From: a virus
Lineage: Duplodnaviria; Heunggongvirae; Uroviricota; Caudoviricetes
Virus record (IMG/VR): IMGVR_UViG_3300031088_000799
DNA length: 64,000 nucleotides
Direction: 5' to 3' (one strand)
Made by a program: the position numbers and the translations under genes. Below the pieces are notes generated by a model, which was not told the DNA's origin, searched no databases, and worked only from the letters and a program-made list of their open reading frames with translations. Of the stretch, positions 18,149-28,993 are shown piece after piece (positions within the stretch are counted from its first letter, which is position 1; each line of letters begins with the position of its first letter).

Positions 18149-19693
18149 TTAGTTATTCAAACCTACTGCGACCTCTGAATAAAACCAAGTGGCATCATTA
18201 TCTGCTTTCACTTTAAATCCACATTCCATCAACAGAGAATGAAGGTTATAATCACCCAACAACTTACGACAAATAATAATCCCATCATCGGTCAAACGGC
18301 CTTTTACATCCATGATAACTTGTTTATAATCATTCAAAGACATCCAGTCACCAATATTCGAGATAGAAACAACTTTATATTTCTTATTAACATCAAGTGA
18401 TTCGAAATCACCATGAATATACTGCACTTTATGCTTATAATGATTTGCCTTCAAAGCATTTTTACAGTTAACATTTGGATGAATATCAATACCATCTATA
18501 ATGTTTTCAATATTTTTACGAGTTGTCGGACTCTCAACCTTGCTTTCACATGCTTTTACAAACACATCATAAAAATGATCAGCAAAACTTTCTGATGAAT
18601 ATTTTGTTGCTCTTTCACTAAATACATATGATAAATTTTCATTTGAAAAGAGTTCATTAACAATATATTTCAATTTTTGTCGAGCAATAGGTGAATCTTT
18701 AATATAATCACTCAATAAGCCATCGCCATGATAATTAAATGCAGTCCTAATTTTCAAGAAAACTTGCTCAAATTTACCACTAAAATTCTCACTTGTATTG
18801 GCATATTCAGAATCTGCCAATAATTCAATAATTTTAAATCGACATAAGTTAATTTGATTAACGTTCATATCAACTGCATCAATATTCAATTTACAAGGTA
18901 ATCCTAAGATATCAATCAGGGTTTCACCACCGGATGCAATCATCAAAATGTTGTTTTCATTGTTAGATTTACAAGTGCTATTAATAGCTTTAATCTCAGG
19001 AGAACTATCTTCTCTTGTATAATAAAATGATACAGATTCAGTATTAATCTGCTTCATTTCATGAGCAGTTGCAATAATCAGGTGGTTATACAATTCTAAA
19101 AATTCATCTTGACCTTGATTAAAAGCTTCTTTAATCACATCATCATCACTTTCTAAATGAACACCAACTGTTAGTAATTCATCACCATGAATCCAATCCA
19201 ATTCAGCATGAATCGTATAATGAGACTGTGTAGACACCAAATCCAGCGTCATGACATGATCAGCAATTGTTTTACTTATAGGTGCATAAGCATATTCAAT
19301 ACCTGACAAATAAGCTGCATAAGCCCCTGCTGACATATCTTTATTCAATACATTAGTAATCCACTCTTGAACCCATGGATTTTGATGATATAGACCATCC
19401 CAACCAAGAGCCATCAAAAACGCTTTAAAGGTTTCTGTATGGAATTGATTTTTATTTCCATGACCATGCTCTTCCCATAGGTTTTCTACAACTAACAAAC
19501 GATCTTCACTGGTTTCAATCTGACTAACTAATTTAGCAAGAAAACGTGGAAACGCCTGAACAGCAAAAAAGAATGGGATTTGTGATCGCAAGTATTCCGA
19601 CTGAGTAGAATCTTTAAGGAACGTATGGTAACGATGAAGTGTCCATCCATTGTGAAGAGTGGTATCAATTGCCCAATTTTTAAATTTGCTCAT
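18149..19693 (-). CDS. heme-oxygenase-like diiron oxidase (CADD/PqqC/TenA fold) fused to BtaA/DUF3419-like SAM-dependent domain
   Basis: ENLWEEHG..H, GIE, HYTIHAELDWIH; then IASGGET..DAVDMNVNQINLC and SISNIGDWM. Confidence 0.7.
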   Translation of the reverse strand: MSKFKNWAIDTTLHNGWTLHRYHTFLKDSTQSEYLRSQIPFFFAVQAFPRFLAKLVSQIETSEDRLLVVENLWEEHGHGNKNQFHTETFKAFLMALGWDGLYHQNPWVQEWITNVLNKDMSAGAYAAYLSGIEYAYAPISKTIADHVMTLDLVSTQSHYTIHAELDWIHGDELLTVGVHLESDDDVIKEAFNQGQDEFLELYNHLIIATAHEMKQINTESVSFYYTREDSSPEIKAINSTCKSNNENNILMIASGGETLIDILGLPCKLNIDAVDMNVNQINLCRFKIIELLADSEYANTSENFSGKFEQVFLKIRTAFNYHGDGLLSDYIKDSPIARQKLKYIVNELFSNENLSYVFSERATKYSSESFADHFYDVFVKACESKVESPTTRKNIENIIDGIDIHPNVNCKNALKANHYKHKVQYIHGDFESLDVNKKYKVVSISNIGDWMSLNDYKQVIMDVKGRLTDDGIIICRKLLGDYNLHSLLMECGFKVKADNDATWFYSEVAVGLNN

Positions 19694-19789
19694 TTATAAC
19701 TCCATAAAATAATCAAAATAGTTTATCATTTCATCAATAAACTATCAATAATTTGTTGCAAAAAAAGTGGCCTAGCCACTCTATTATTA

Positions 19790-20278
19790 TTAAGTTTTAC
19801 TGTTAAGAATACGACGAACTTCCATCAGAACCAATCCCAGCAAGTTACGACCTAACCATTTATCTGGATTAGTAGCATCTGGATGATTTTCATCCATGCC
19901 AATACCCCAAATGTTATCATGTGGAGAGGCTTCGACCAGAATCAATTCATGGGTATTTAATAGCTTTTCTTTTAAATCTGGGTTTTGTTCAAATTTTTGC
20001 AAACAACCTTTGACAAGAATGTCGAAACATTGTTCTTCCCATACACTAGATACAAAACCTTTTACCTTACGACCTAATGCCTTTTGATTACGAGGAATAG
20101 ACTCAGCAAGAATAGCTTTTGCAATTGATGTATCACCAAAAAGGATAGCCTTCGAATACATCATCCATTGCTCAGCACAATTAAATGTTACACCATCAAT
20201 TGTAAAAATAGATGGGTGCCAATTTGACATATAGTCTTTAGTCACCCAGAAGAAAAGAAAACCATTTTTAATTTTCAT
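19790..20278 (-). CDS. NADAR (YbiA-like) N-glycosidase
   Basis: MSNWHPS, AEQWMMYSKA.LFGD, KALGRKV, KFEQNPDL, LVEASPHDNIWGIG, GRNLLG. Confidence 0.93.
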   Translation of the reverse strand: MKIKNGFLFFWVTKDYMSNWHPSIFTIDGVTFNCAEQWMMYSKAILFGDTSIAKAILAESIPRNQKALGRKVKGFVSSVWEEQCFDILVKGCLQKFEQNPDLKEKLLNTHELILVEASPHDNIWGIGMDENHPDATNPDKWLGRNLLGLVLMEVRRILNSKT

Positions 20279-20329
20279 AATAAATCCCCATAAAATAGGG
20301 GACTATATTAGCACAGCAAGAAATTATTA

Positions 20330-20827
20330 TCAAGTAGTAAATTTAAATCCACCTACGATACATTTAGACAATAAATCACGGAAAGCAGTCTCTTCTTCAG
20401 TCAAAGTTGTTCGCAATGTCAAAGTGTAAACAATATAAGCTGAGTTATCACCACGAACAAAATAACCATGTTGTCCATTGACTTCAACAAAGCCAGTTTC
20501 TACACGATTGACTACTTTATTATCTGATTTAATAATAGGGTCAGTAACTAATTGAACAGTATCTTCCACATCATCTTCTGCTGGCACATTATCATAGATA
20601 GGATTGTGTACATTAGAACACAAATTATTGTATACTGAATAAAGGTACATTTTTGAAAAGGCATCAGCATCTAAAACTGTAGCTGGATTAATTTCATCGG
20701 CTGGATGAATATGTTTTTTTACATAACTGATAGTTAAAAATGTTCCCGGCCAGTCATCGCCAAATTGAACAGGTCCATTTTTTAAGGCAACAGCAGCATT
20801 AGTTGAAATAGTTGTAATAGTATCCAT
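20330..20827 (-). CDS. hypothetical protein
   Basis: GPVQFGDDWPG and RVETG..RGDNS motifs; start refined to MDTIT. Confidence 0.7.
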   Translation of the reverse strand: MDTITTISTNAAVALKNGPVQFGDDWPGTFLTISYVKKHIHPADEINPATVLDADAFSKMYLYSVYNNLCSNVHNPIYDNVPAEDDVEDTVQLVTDPIIKSDNKVVNRVETGFVEVNGQHGYFVRGDNSAYIVYTLTLRTTLTEEETAFRDLLSKCIVGGFKFTT

Positions 20828-20894
20828 TGAATAATCCTCATTGTTGCTATAAGATAACATTGTTTTGACGACTATTCAAGGGAAAAATTATTTG

Positions 20895-21248
20895 TTAGAG
20901 TTTGTATCGAATACAAATATCAGAAGACAAAGTAGTTGCAGTATCACGCTTAAATTCCATAAAAGCAATGGTAGTAATACGTTCAGTAATAATTAAAGAA
21001 ACATTAGAACCTACTTCCTTTTTACCATTTAGACAAGAATATCCAACTTTAAATTTCTTTTTATCAGTAGTAACAATTTCAGCAACATTCGTTTTTACAC
21101 CTTTGACTTTAATTGTACTGTAAGCGGTTAACTTACCTTCTTTTTCTACTGAACTTATTGTTTTGTTGTAACCAAATAAAAATACCATCATAGCTACAAG
21201 AGCAAAAATATATAAAGATGCTGTAGCTATTGATTTAAATCCTTTCAT
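20895..21248 (-). CDS. membrane-anchored hypothetical protein
   Basis: N-terminal TM; AGGAG SD. Confidence 0.7.
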   Translation of the reverse strand: MKGFKSIATASLYIFALVAMMVFLFGYNKTISSVEKEGKLTAYSTIKVKGVKTNVAEIVTTDKKKFKVGYSCLNGKKEVGSNVSLIITERITTIAFMEFKRDTATTLSSDICIRYKL

Positions 21249-21356
21249 CCACACTCCTGTTATAAATTTTAATGTGTTATCATTTAAATATACAGGAGAA
21301 TCACAGAATAACAAGTTTTGATGAGATTTATATCCAATGCAACAATAGTGTAAGCA

Positions 21357-21839
21357 CTATTCAGATTTTTTACTTAATTTGTATCTTCTATTGGCTATAT
21401 ATTTATTAATTTCATCTAAAAAGACAAAAAACCCCAACACATAGAGTGCTGATATAAAGTAAAACAATGCAGTTTGTCCACCCTCTAACATATTAGCGAT
21501 ACATAAAAGAATAATGAATCCTGCTATGGCTGGGGGAAAAATGATATTTCGTAATACAACTAGGCTGTCTACATGATGTGTTGGTATTTTTTTCCAAACA
21601 AAAAACCACCAGATAAGATAGAAGCACCAACCCACAATAAAATACCATATATGATCTTGAATAAAGTGTTTAATCGGGACTAGTGAATTATTTACAAGCA
21701 TTACACCCTGAATAATGTTATCAAAATAAGTAATCACTAGAGAAACTGAACCAATAATTACACCTACAATTAAGGCAACTCCCAATAATTGAAATCCAGA
21801 ATGTATCATACTTTTTATTAGCGTTTTGGTTTCACTCAT
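21357..21839 (-). CDS. multi-pass membrane protein
   Basis: About 4 TM segments; AGGAG SD. Confidence 0.75.
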   Translation of the reverse strand: MSETKTLIKSMIHSGFQLLGVALIVGVIIGSVSLVITYFDNIIQGVMLVNNSLVPIKHFIQDHIWYFIVGWCFYLIWWFFVWKKIPTHHVDSLVVLRNIIFPPAIAGFIILLCIANMLEGGQTALFYFISALYVLGFFVFLDEINKYIANRRYKLSKKSE

Positions 21840-22052
21840 AATTACTCCTGTAATATCACTTTCAACTAAATAAAATTGTTCAATATAAAATAGCAATATA
21901 TTGAAAAAAGTCAATATACATAGGAAAAATTAATACTAAAATACAAACAAAAAGATAAAAAAAAGGTAAATTACATGTAAATGTGAATAAGTTTGATTTA
22001 CTTTGACTAAAATAAGAATAAGATATATATAACAAACATTGCTGAGGCATTT

Positions 22053-22493
22053 ATGAAACTCTTATACAGTATCCCATTATTATTCACATTAAGTGGATGT
22101 ATTGCTGATCCTTATTACGACGATTCATACAGCTATACAGAAACAACAAGAACACAGTATATACCTGCTGGCAGTTCGATGATATATACTGAAACAGTGG
22201 TACAACCAGCGATATATTATCAGCCAGCACCTGTATATGTGTATCCAAGACCAGCATACAGACCAGTCTATAGACCATATTATCCTGATAGAAGACCTGA
22301 TTATAGACCTCATTATCATAAACCGGGTCATGATTACAGACCTGATCGTCTACATAGACCCGATTTTAATAATGGGCATGGCAGACCTGATAATCATGGA
22401 AAACCAAATTGGAACAATGGTAATGGACCAAAACCGGGAAATGGCAATAATCAAGGTGGCCGTCCAGATAGACCGCATGGAGATAGAAACTAG
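22053..22493 (+). CDS. lipoprotein with Pro/Tyr/Arg- and Gly/Asn-rich low-complexity tail
   Basis: Lipobox LSGC; RPxY/RPD repeats. Confidence 0.8.
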   Translation: MKLLYSIPLLFTLSGCIADPYYDDSYSYTETTRTQYIPAGSSMIYTETVVQPAIYYQPAPVYVYPRPAYRPVYRPYYPDRRPDYRPHYHKPGHDYRPDRLHRPDFNNGHGRPDNHGKPNWNNGNGPKPGNGNNQGGRPDRPHGDRN

Positions 22494-22524
22494 AATACTA
22501 AAAAAGCAACGAACGTTGCTTTTT

Positions 22525-23166
22525 TTACCAATAATTGTCTTGCCCATCTGTTAACTTATCAAGTGTGGGCAAAAAAGAGGTTTTATACAAATTAAAAATA
22601 CGAGATTGAGGATATCGATGAAGTATATTTCGCACACGATAAAACAATTGATTACTTCTAAAAATCTTAAATCGACAATTTTTTAAAACATCAAGCTTTG
22701 TGTAATCAGGAATAGCACAAAATTTATACTCTAAACTGATTAACATGTCGATACTTTCAAAAAATGTTTTAATAGTGCTAAGTATATAAGTATCTTCACC
22801 ATCAGTTTTGGGGGCTGTATCAATTTTGTTTTCGATCATCTGAATTGTTGATTGAATGTCGTCTTTAAATGTATCTAAATCAAACTCAACAGTTGGTAGA
22901 TTTATTTTATGTTTCTTGCAATAAAAATCAACAAAAATATCTATGTCTTGTAAATAATCTATATAAAAATTTAAAATAGTAAATTTCATATAACCATTTA
23001 GTTTATAAATTTTTAATAACACACTATCATTTTCCTGAATGTTAGAACGAGATTCACATTTAATAGAAGGTAAGTTTACAAAATAATTAATCTTTTCTGC
23101 AGTTATAAGATGTAATTGATAAACTGTATTTAAATACTCTTTAATGGCGATTTCTGTTTGCTTCAT
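22525..23166 (-). CDS. hypothetical protein
   Basis: 213-aa ORF with GAGG SD. Confidence 0.7.
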   Translation of the reverse strand: MKQTEIAIKEYLNTVYQLHLITAEKINYFVNLPSIKCESRSNIQENDSVLLKIYKLNGYMKFTILNFYIDYLQDIDIFVDFYCKKHKINLPTVEFDLDTFKDDIQSTIQMIENKIDTAPKTDGEDTYILSTIKTFFESIDMLISLEYKFCAIPDYTKLDVLKNCRFKIFRSNQLFYRVRNILHRYPQSRIFNLYKTSFLPTLDKLTDGQDNYW

Positions 23167-23256
23167 GATAGACCTCTCGTTGCTTCACATACTATCAAAA
23201 AATTTGAAAAATGTCAAAATAATGATACAATAATATTAAACAATAATAAATTTTAT

Positions 23257-24567
23257 ATGATTAAAACAACTGGTGTAACAGACTTCGTAATAGGAGCTTG
23301 GGATTATTATCAAGCAAAACAAGATTTAAAAAATAATAATATGGATATAGAAACTGGTAGTTCAACACTTGCCTATAATGGTGCTAAGGCAATGCTAGGA
23401 GCTGTTAGATTCACTACGTTAGGAATAGCATATGGTTATGCTATCAATACTGGTGCTTTTAATCAATTAGACGGTATTAGTGTAGGATTAGTAGCAGCAT
23501 TCACTGCTGGACATATTGTTAATGGTATTGTTCAATATGCCCCAACACTTTTAAAGGATGAAGCACTTTCTTATAAACGCTTTCAAGGCAATATATTAAA
23601 AGACAATGAAATGTTTGATAATATCTCTAATCAAACTGAACTACCTATTCATACATCTTATCAATTATTTATGGTGGGAAACAAATTAGCCACTGGAAAT
23701 CCATTTGATAAAGTTGTCTTTAAAATGAAAGAACAAATATCACTCTGGAAAGAAAAATGGAATGATCAAGATTTAAACCAATTTAATTTTTTATCAAAAT
23801 CTGTATTAAAGTTAATAAAAAAATCAGAAAAATTAAGTGATATTTTAAATAATTTTGTTAAAGATAGCCCATTAAAAGTTAAAGCCAATAAAATAATAAA
23901 AGAACACAGTGATTATAGCTCATTAGCAAATGAACACTTCAGAACGTATATAGCAACTAAATATCCAGAAGAACAACACTTAAAAAAGAAATGCGAAGAA
24001 AGACTCGCCACAATTAATCAAAAAGCTATTTTGGAAGCTTATGATATAATGAGACAACAAAATATGCAACTATTCTTTGCTAAAGTCGTCATGGATTATA
24101 ATCAAGGTAATATACATCATAACATTATAAAAAGCTTTGCAGAGTTAAATGATCAGACAAAGATTCCATCAAAAGATAAAAAGATGCAACAATCATTTGA
24201 ACCGTATGCCAATATATCAAAAATGGCAAAATCCATGCTTGAAAATAAAAAACTATATTCCCCTGATACCAGTGTTAAAACAATATTAAAAGCAATCAAT
24301 AAGGACATCATCAAAGATGATAAAATTAAAATATACTCCTTTGATAATGTTTTCTACCATACAAAGAAAAAAATATTAAACAAAGAATTAGATAAAGTGG
24401 TTATTAATAACACACTAAAATCTGATAAGAAGACAATGTTTAATGAAATTGAAATAGATAATAATTCTTTTAATGAAATTGTGAAAATAACGGAAAGTAA
24501 AATTAATCAAGAAAAGAAAGCTACTGAGAAAATGAAACTACAAGATATAAAGATAAAAAAAATATAA
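23257..24567 (+). CDS. hypothetical protein with N-terminal hydrophobic Gly/Ala hairpin and basic C-tail
   Basis: Start uncertain (MIKTT chosen); ends KLQDIKIKKI. Confidence 0.7.
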   Translation: MIKTTGVTDFVIGAWDYYQAKQDLKNNNMDIETGSSTLAYNGAKAMLGAVRFTTLGIAYGYAINTGAFNQLDGISVGLVAAFTAGHIVNGIVQYAPTLLKDEALSYKRFQGNILKDNEMFDNISNQTELPIHTSYQLFMVGNKLATGNPFDKVVFKMKEQISLWKEKWNDQDLNQFNFLSKSVLKLIKKSEKLSDILNNFVKDSPLKVKANKIIKEHSDYSSLANEHFRTYIATKYPEEQHLKKKCEERLATINQKAILEAYDIMRQQNMQLFFAKVVMDYNQGNIHHNIIKSFAELNDQTKIPSKDKKMQQSFEPYANISKMAKSMLENKKLYSPDTSVKTILKAINKDIIKDDKIKIYSFDNVFYHTKKKILNKELDKVVINNTLKSDKKTMFNEIEIDNNSFNEIVKITESKINQEKKATEKMKLQDIKIKKI

Positions 24568-24584
24568 CTCAGCCATGCTGAGTT

Positions 24585-25655
24585 TTATATTTTTGGAACA
24601 ATATTATAGTTTTTTCCTAGTTGACTTTTGAAGTTTTTTTCAAAATACACTTCTGGATTTTGTAAATAATGGTCAGGAGATGCATAATACCTTATTGTAT
24701 TATAACCTAAACTGTTTACCATTTCGACCAAACTACTAATATCATTTATTCTAGACATTACATTACGTTGAACTTGTGTAATAATTTTTTTATCAAAAAG
24801 ATACTGACTTATTTGACTGTATGCTAAATAATCAATAACTCCAAGAGAGATTTCATCATCACGACCTGCTTCAAATTTTTTAAGATAATCCATAGGTTGT
24901 GTCAAATTATAATCATTTTTAATAAATTCTATAATACCTTTTTTCAATTTGTGTGTATTACTTCTTAGATTATCATTATTGGATCTTAACTTTTCTAACA
25001 ATGAAGAAAAAGAATCAGTATCGTCAGCAAAATCACGCTCTACATATTTTTCAAAATCCCATTTTATTTTATATAAAGATTTTTCTAAATGACTAATATC
25101 ATATTCAAGATCTTTTATCTTATCTTTTAATGTCTCTTTTTGAACATCATAATTATCATCATCTGAATCAAGGTCTGATAGTTCAGTTTCCAAATCAGAT
25201 TTTTGTTCATTAAGTTCTTCTAATTCTTTATCTTCTGTAATATAAGATTCATGAAATCCTTGCCAATGCTCAATCATGACATTAATATCTCGTGCTTGTC
25301 TTTTAATGTCATCAAAGTAATCAATCTCTAGACGATCACTTACTTCTTCATGATATTCTTTTAAGATTTCCAATGTATCTTCTGGAATTATAACTGGATC
25401 AATGCCTTCATAAAGATTTTTAACATCTCTAGCCCAATCATATAATTGACCAACTCTATCATCTAAGGCATTTAAGTCTAGTTTTAAATCTTCTGGATTA
25501 AATAAAATATCAATTTCATAAACTATAGATGAACGCATATCATTAAATATTAGCGTGTTAATAAGCGGGCATGTGTTAGGCGGTTGATTTGTAATACCTA
25601 ATAAAGTATCTTCTTTAATTTGTTTAATGGATGATTGATCTTTTAAAGATTTCAT
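24585..25655 (-). CDS. acidic coiled-coil protein, paralog of 25657-26724
   Basis: Shared MKSLKD, QPxNTCPLI, QPMDYLK..GR.DEISLG, RYY; ends YNIVPKI. Confidence 0.8.
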   Translation of the reverse strand: MKSLKDQSSIKQIKEDTLLGITNQPPNTCPLINTLIFNDMRSSIVYEIDILFNPEDLKLDLNALDDRVGQLYDWARDVKNLYEGIDPVIIPEDTLEILKEYHEEVSDRLEIDYFDDIKRQARDINVMIEHWQGFHESYITEDKELEELNEQKSDLETELSDLDSDDDNYDVQKETLKDKIKDLEYDISHLEKSLYKIKWDFEKYVERDFADDTDSFSSLLEKLRSNNDNLRSNTHKLKKGIIEFIKNDYNLTQPMDYLKKFEAGRDDEISLGVIDYLAYSQISQYLFDKKIITQVQRNVMSRINDISSLVEMVNSLGYNTIRYYASPDHYLQNPEVYFEKNFKSQLGKNYNIVPKI

Positions 25656-25656
25656 A

Positions 25657-26724
25657 TTAAATTCTCGGTTTAAGTTTATTGTCCTTAATCAACTCTTTAT
25701 TAAGATTGATTTCCTTAAAGAGTTCTGGATGTTTCATGCTGACTTTCGCGTCATCATAATAACGAACTGTGGTATACCCTTTATCTTTCAAAGCATCTAA
25801 TAGATCTGGGATACTTTCACTTTTATTAATCAAAACAACTTGAATATCAGATAACACACCTTGTCGTTTTAAATAATCAGTTAATTTACTAAATGAATGC
25901 ATGTAATATTTACTGTCAATAAGACCTAATGAAATTTCATCAGAACGACCATTTTCTAGCTGTTTAAGATAGTCCATAGGTTGAACCACATTAAAATCAT
26001 TACCAACATATTGGACAACCATTTCTCTTAATTGAGACGTATTCTGTCTAAGTGAATCATTGTTCGCACGAACAGCTTCCATCAATACAGTAAAACGTTC
26101 AACTGCTTTTTCAAATGGTCTAGAAATATCACTATCAAATTCACTTTTTAAGTCTTCTAATTTTTCTTTGGTAGATTCGACTTCCTCTTTCGCATGATCA
26201 ATTGCTTCAACCGCTTCAACATAACCATCATCGTCTTCATTAAAATTAAAATTAGTTTCTAGGCGATTAACTTCTTGTTCGGCTTGTGCTACTTCACGGT
26301 CGGCAGATAAGAAATCAGAATATAGATCTTTCCATTCGTATATAATATTGTTAATGGATTCAACCATTGAGCTTACTTCGCCCATTCTATTATTAGCAAT
26401 TTTTGTTTGAATTTCTTTTCTATATTCTTCAATATCTATTAAATCATCTTCATCTACACTATTTTTATCAATTAAAGTATAAACATCTAGCACTTCATGT
26501 GCCCATGTTTCAAGTAATTCTATACGATCTGCAAGATGTGTCTCATCTAATAGTAAATCTGTTGGGTCATAGTCTATATTCAAATCATAGAGCGGACTTC
26601 TACGACGCCCAATATAAATGAGTGGATCGATTAAAGGACAAGTGTTGTCAGGCTGTGGCGTGATCTCTAACATATGATCAAGTCTAACCTGACGAATAGA
26701 TGGAAGATCTTTTAAAGACTTCAT
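25657..26724 (-). CDS. acidic coiled-coil protein, paralog of 24585-25655
   Basis: Same shared motifs; ends DNKLKPRI. Confidence 0.8.
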   Translation of the reverse strand: MKSLKDLPSIRQVRLDHMLEITPQPDNTCPLIDPLIYIGRRRSPLYDLNIDYDPTDLLLDETHLADRIELLETWAHEVLDVYTLIDKNSVDEDDLIDIEEYRKEIQTKIANNRMGEVSSMVESINNIIYEWKDLYSDFLSADREVAQAEQEVNRLETNFNFNEDDDGYVEAVEAIDHAKEEVESTKEKLEDLKSEFDSDISRPFEKAVERFTVLMEAVRANNDSLRQNTSQLREMVVQYVGNDFNVVQPMDYLKQLENGRSDEISLGLIDSKYYMHSFSKLTDYLKRQGVLSDIQVVLINKSESIPDLLDALKDKGYTTVRYYDDAKVSMKHPELFKEINLNKELIKDNKLKPRI

Positions 26725-26781
26725 GGATTAGCCTATTGTTTTTTACATTATAGCATAAGTGCTATAAATTTTCAAAGCCAT

Positions 26782-27153
26782 TTAACTAAATTGACTTTGA
26801 AGTATGGCAGAAATACGCTTAGCTTCCTTTTTAGATTTAACTAATTGTTTTTTAAATATAGCTTGTTCTTTTCTGTTTCTTTTTTGCACTATAAAGTTAG
26901 CAAAATCTCTTATTTTAACATTATCTTCATTGACAAAATGACCGAATTCTATATTAAAAAGTAAGCCTTCTAAAATATATTTCTGGTCATCAGATGAAAA
27001 AACAGAAAATTCAAATTCAGCCATTTCATCGATACCTTCTTGCGTTGAAGGGTCAGTCAAATCATAGAGCATAGCCCAAAATTTTTTAGCTTCCTGATCA
27101 ACTGAATCTATATAACATTCAAATTTCTGTAATATTTGTTTAGTTTCCATCAT
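26782..27153 (-). CDS. hypothetical protein
   Basis: 123 aa, AGGAG SD. Confidence 0.75.
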   Translation of the reverse strand: MMETKQILQKFECYIDSVDQEAKKFWAMLYDLTDPSTQEGIDEMAEFEFSVFSSDDQKYILEGLLFNIEFGHFVNEDNVKIRDFANFIVQKRNRKEQAIFKKQLVKSKKEAKRISAILQSQFS

Positions 27154-27183
27154 AATTCTCCTGTTATCTATAACCTATCATAC

Positions 27184-27936
27184 TTATTTATTAAATAATA
27201 TCATTTGAGCAACTTTTAATTGCTGATGAGCTAAATCTAAATCAAATGGTTTTTTCAAAGGTCCATTGAATTGTGTACATACCTCATCAAAATTCTCTAA
27301 TTCATCCATCAAGACATAATGTTTCAATAATAAATGTTCTTCTTGAATATTAAATCCATTTTGATAATGTCTCACTTTTGCTGTATATTTTTCGTCAATA
27401 GTTTTATAATCACCTCTTCCATTGCCTAAAAAAAGCTTACCAATTGGATTGTAATTACAATCAAAATCATATCCAATAAAAAATTCAGACATCAGATAAG
27501 GTTGACAGTAATAATTATTTAAATGAAACCCTTCATGAATATAATGCAACTGAAAAGAATTGTCATAGAAGAATATTTTATCAACAGTAGCATTCTCAAA
27601 TGATTTTTTATCAGCACAAAACATAAATAAATTAGATTCATTCTGGACATGAACATGATATTTAAATTTTGAAGCTAATGGACTTTCTAACATTTTCAAA
27701 TATTTAGCTAATCTATCATTCTTTGAACATTCATGCACAGCATCAGTCACTGAAACAACAGTTGATACACCGTCAAACTCAATAATTAAACTAAAACCAT
27801 CATGTGAAACTATTGTAGTAATATCTTTTTTTGTAAATTGCCTTTTTTCTAAATTATTATAATTAATAGATTGAAGTCCAATATTAATTAAATTTTTTAA
27901 CAACGTAGGTTCAATATCTTTTATTTTATTTATCAT
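27184..27936 (-). CDS. hypothetical protein, C-terminal motif family (2-residue extension)
   Basis: Ends LKVAQMILFNK. Confidence 0.75.
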   Translation of the reverse strand: MINKIKDIEPTLLKNLINIGLQSINYNNLEKRQFTKKDITTIVSHDGFSLIIEFDGVSTVVSVTDAVHECSKNDRLAKYLKMLESPLASKFKYHVHVQNESNLFMFCADKKSFENATVDKIFFYDNSFQLHYIHEGFHLNNYYCQPYLMSEFFIGYDFDCNYNPIGKLFLGNGRGDYKTIDEKYTAKVRHYQNGFNIQEEHLLLKHYVLMDELENFDEVCTQFNGPLKKPFDLDLAHQQLKVAQMILFNK

Positions 27937-27938
27937 TA

Positions 27939-28979
27939 TTAAACCTTTACGACTTCAAAAAACGTGTTTTCGTTAGCATTACGAGCAGCGTTGAACGATT
28001 TTACAACATATTTTCCGGGTTCTACTGAAACTTGAATACATTCTTTTTTCATTTTCTCAAAATCAATATTGTTTTTAAGACAAAGTGTTTGCATTAAATT
28101 AAAATCTATTCCACAAACAGCCCATAAATCTGTACTAATATGACCACAATCATCTTCATTTTTTCTGCAAGTATAATTAATGGCTGCGAATATTTTTCCT
28201 GTTTCTGTATTTTTAAAAATATTAGGAGATGTATTTCCAACTTGCACATAAATCAAGCCTAAGCGATTCCAAAACTCTTGATTATACATCATCCCAACAT
28301 CACTGTTAATATCATTGTAATATCCAGATTTATGAGTAACATATTGATCACTTAATGAATCTTTATCAGGAAATAAATCCCTTAAATCATTAGCAAACAT
28401 TAATATACCAGATGGAACATCCAATACATTACTGTATGCAGACAATCCATCAGGATACTGACAAGGTTGGTGAGCCGAAAATGCAGCTAATCGACTATTA
28501 GATGACACTTTATTTGTATAAAGACCATTTTTTAATGAAATTTTTGTATTAACGCCACAAACAAAACAATAATGTTCAGAATCAATAACTGATGAAGTTA
28601 AAATATTAAGAAAATCATTAATGATCGAAGTCTGAACAGTTAAGTCAATATCATGTTTTAACGCATCAAGGTTATTCATAATGCCACCCAATAATTTATA
28701 AGAGATAGCAAATTTCATTTGATCGCAACAACGACTACTTAACCGTTCATATTTAAATTGCTCTTTAATTTCTGAAAGTGTTTTCCCATCAAATACACTC
28801 TTACTATGCCCCTGAATATCAACTTTTTTTGACATAATTTCTTTTTCAAAATATTTTGAAAAAACTTGCTCTGTTGGCTTATCCAAATAATGTATATCAT
28901 TCTCTGCTTTTACAGGATCAAGTCCCTTAACCAGTTCATAGCTGAATGAAAAAATCTTATCATATTCTAAATTTGTCAT
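27939..28979 (-). CDS. hypothetical protein
   Basis: 346 aa, CFVC, VPSGILMFANDLR, VGNTSP, TDLWAV motifs. Confidence 0.8.
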   Translation of the reverse strand: MTNLEYDKIFSFSYELVKGLDPVKAENDIHYLDKPTEQVFSKYFEKEIMSKKVDIQGHSKSVFDGKTLSEIKEQFKYERLSSRCCDQMKFAISYKLLGGIMNNLDALKHDIDLTVQTSIINDFLNILTSSVIDSEHYCFVCGVNTKISLKNGLYTNKVSSNSRLAAFSAHQPCQYPDGLSAYSNVLDVPSGILMFANDLRDLFPDKDSLSDQYVTHKSGYYNDINSDVGMMYNQEFWNRLGLIYVQVGNTSPNIFKNTETGKIFAAINYTCRKNEDDCGHISTDLWAVCGIDFNLMQTLCLKNNIDFEKMKKECIQVSVEPGKYVVKSFNAARNANENTFFEVVKV

Positions 28980-28993
28980 TATACTTCCTCTAA

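Noticed and set aside
22230-22493. Short AGACC-containing repeats as a CRISPR or repeat array
   Set aside because: They are irregular and in frame, encoding the RPxY/RPD low-complexity lipoprotein tail; there is no repeat-spacer periodicity.
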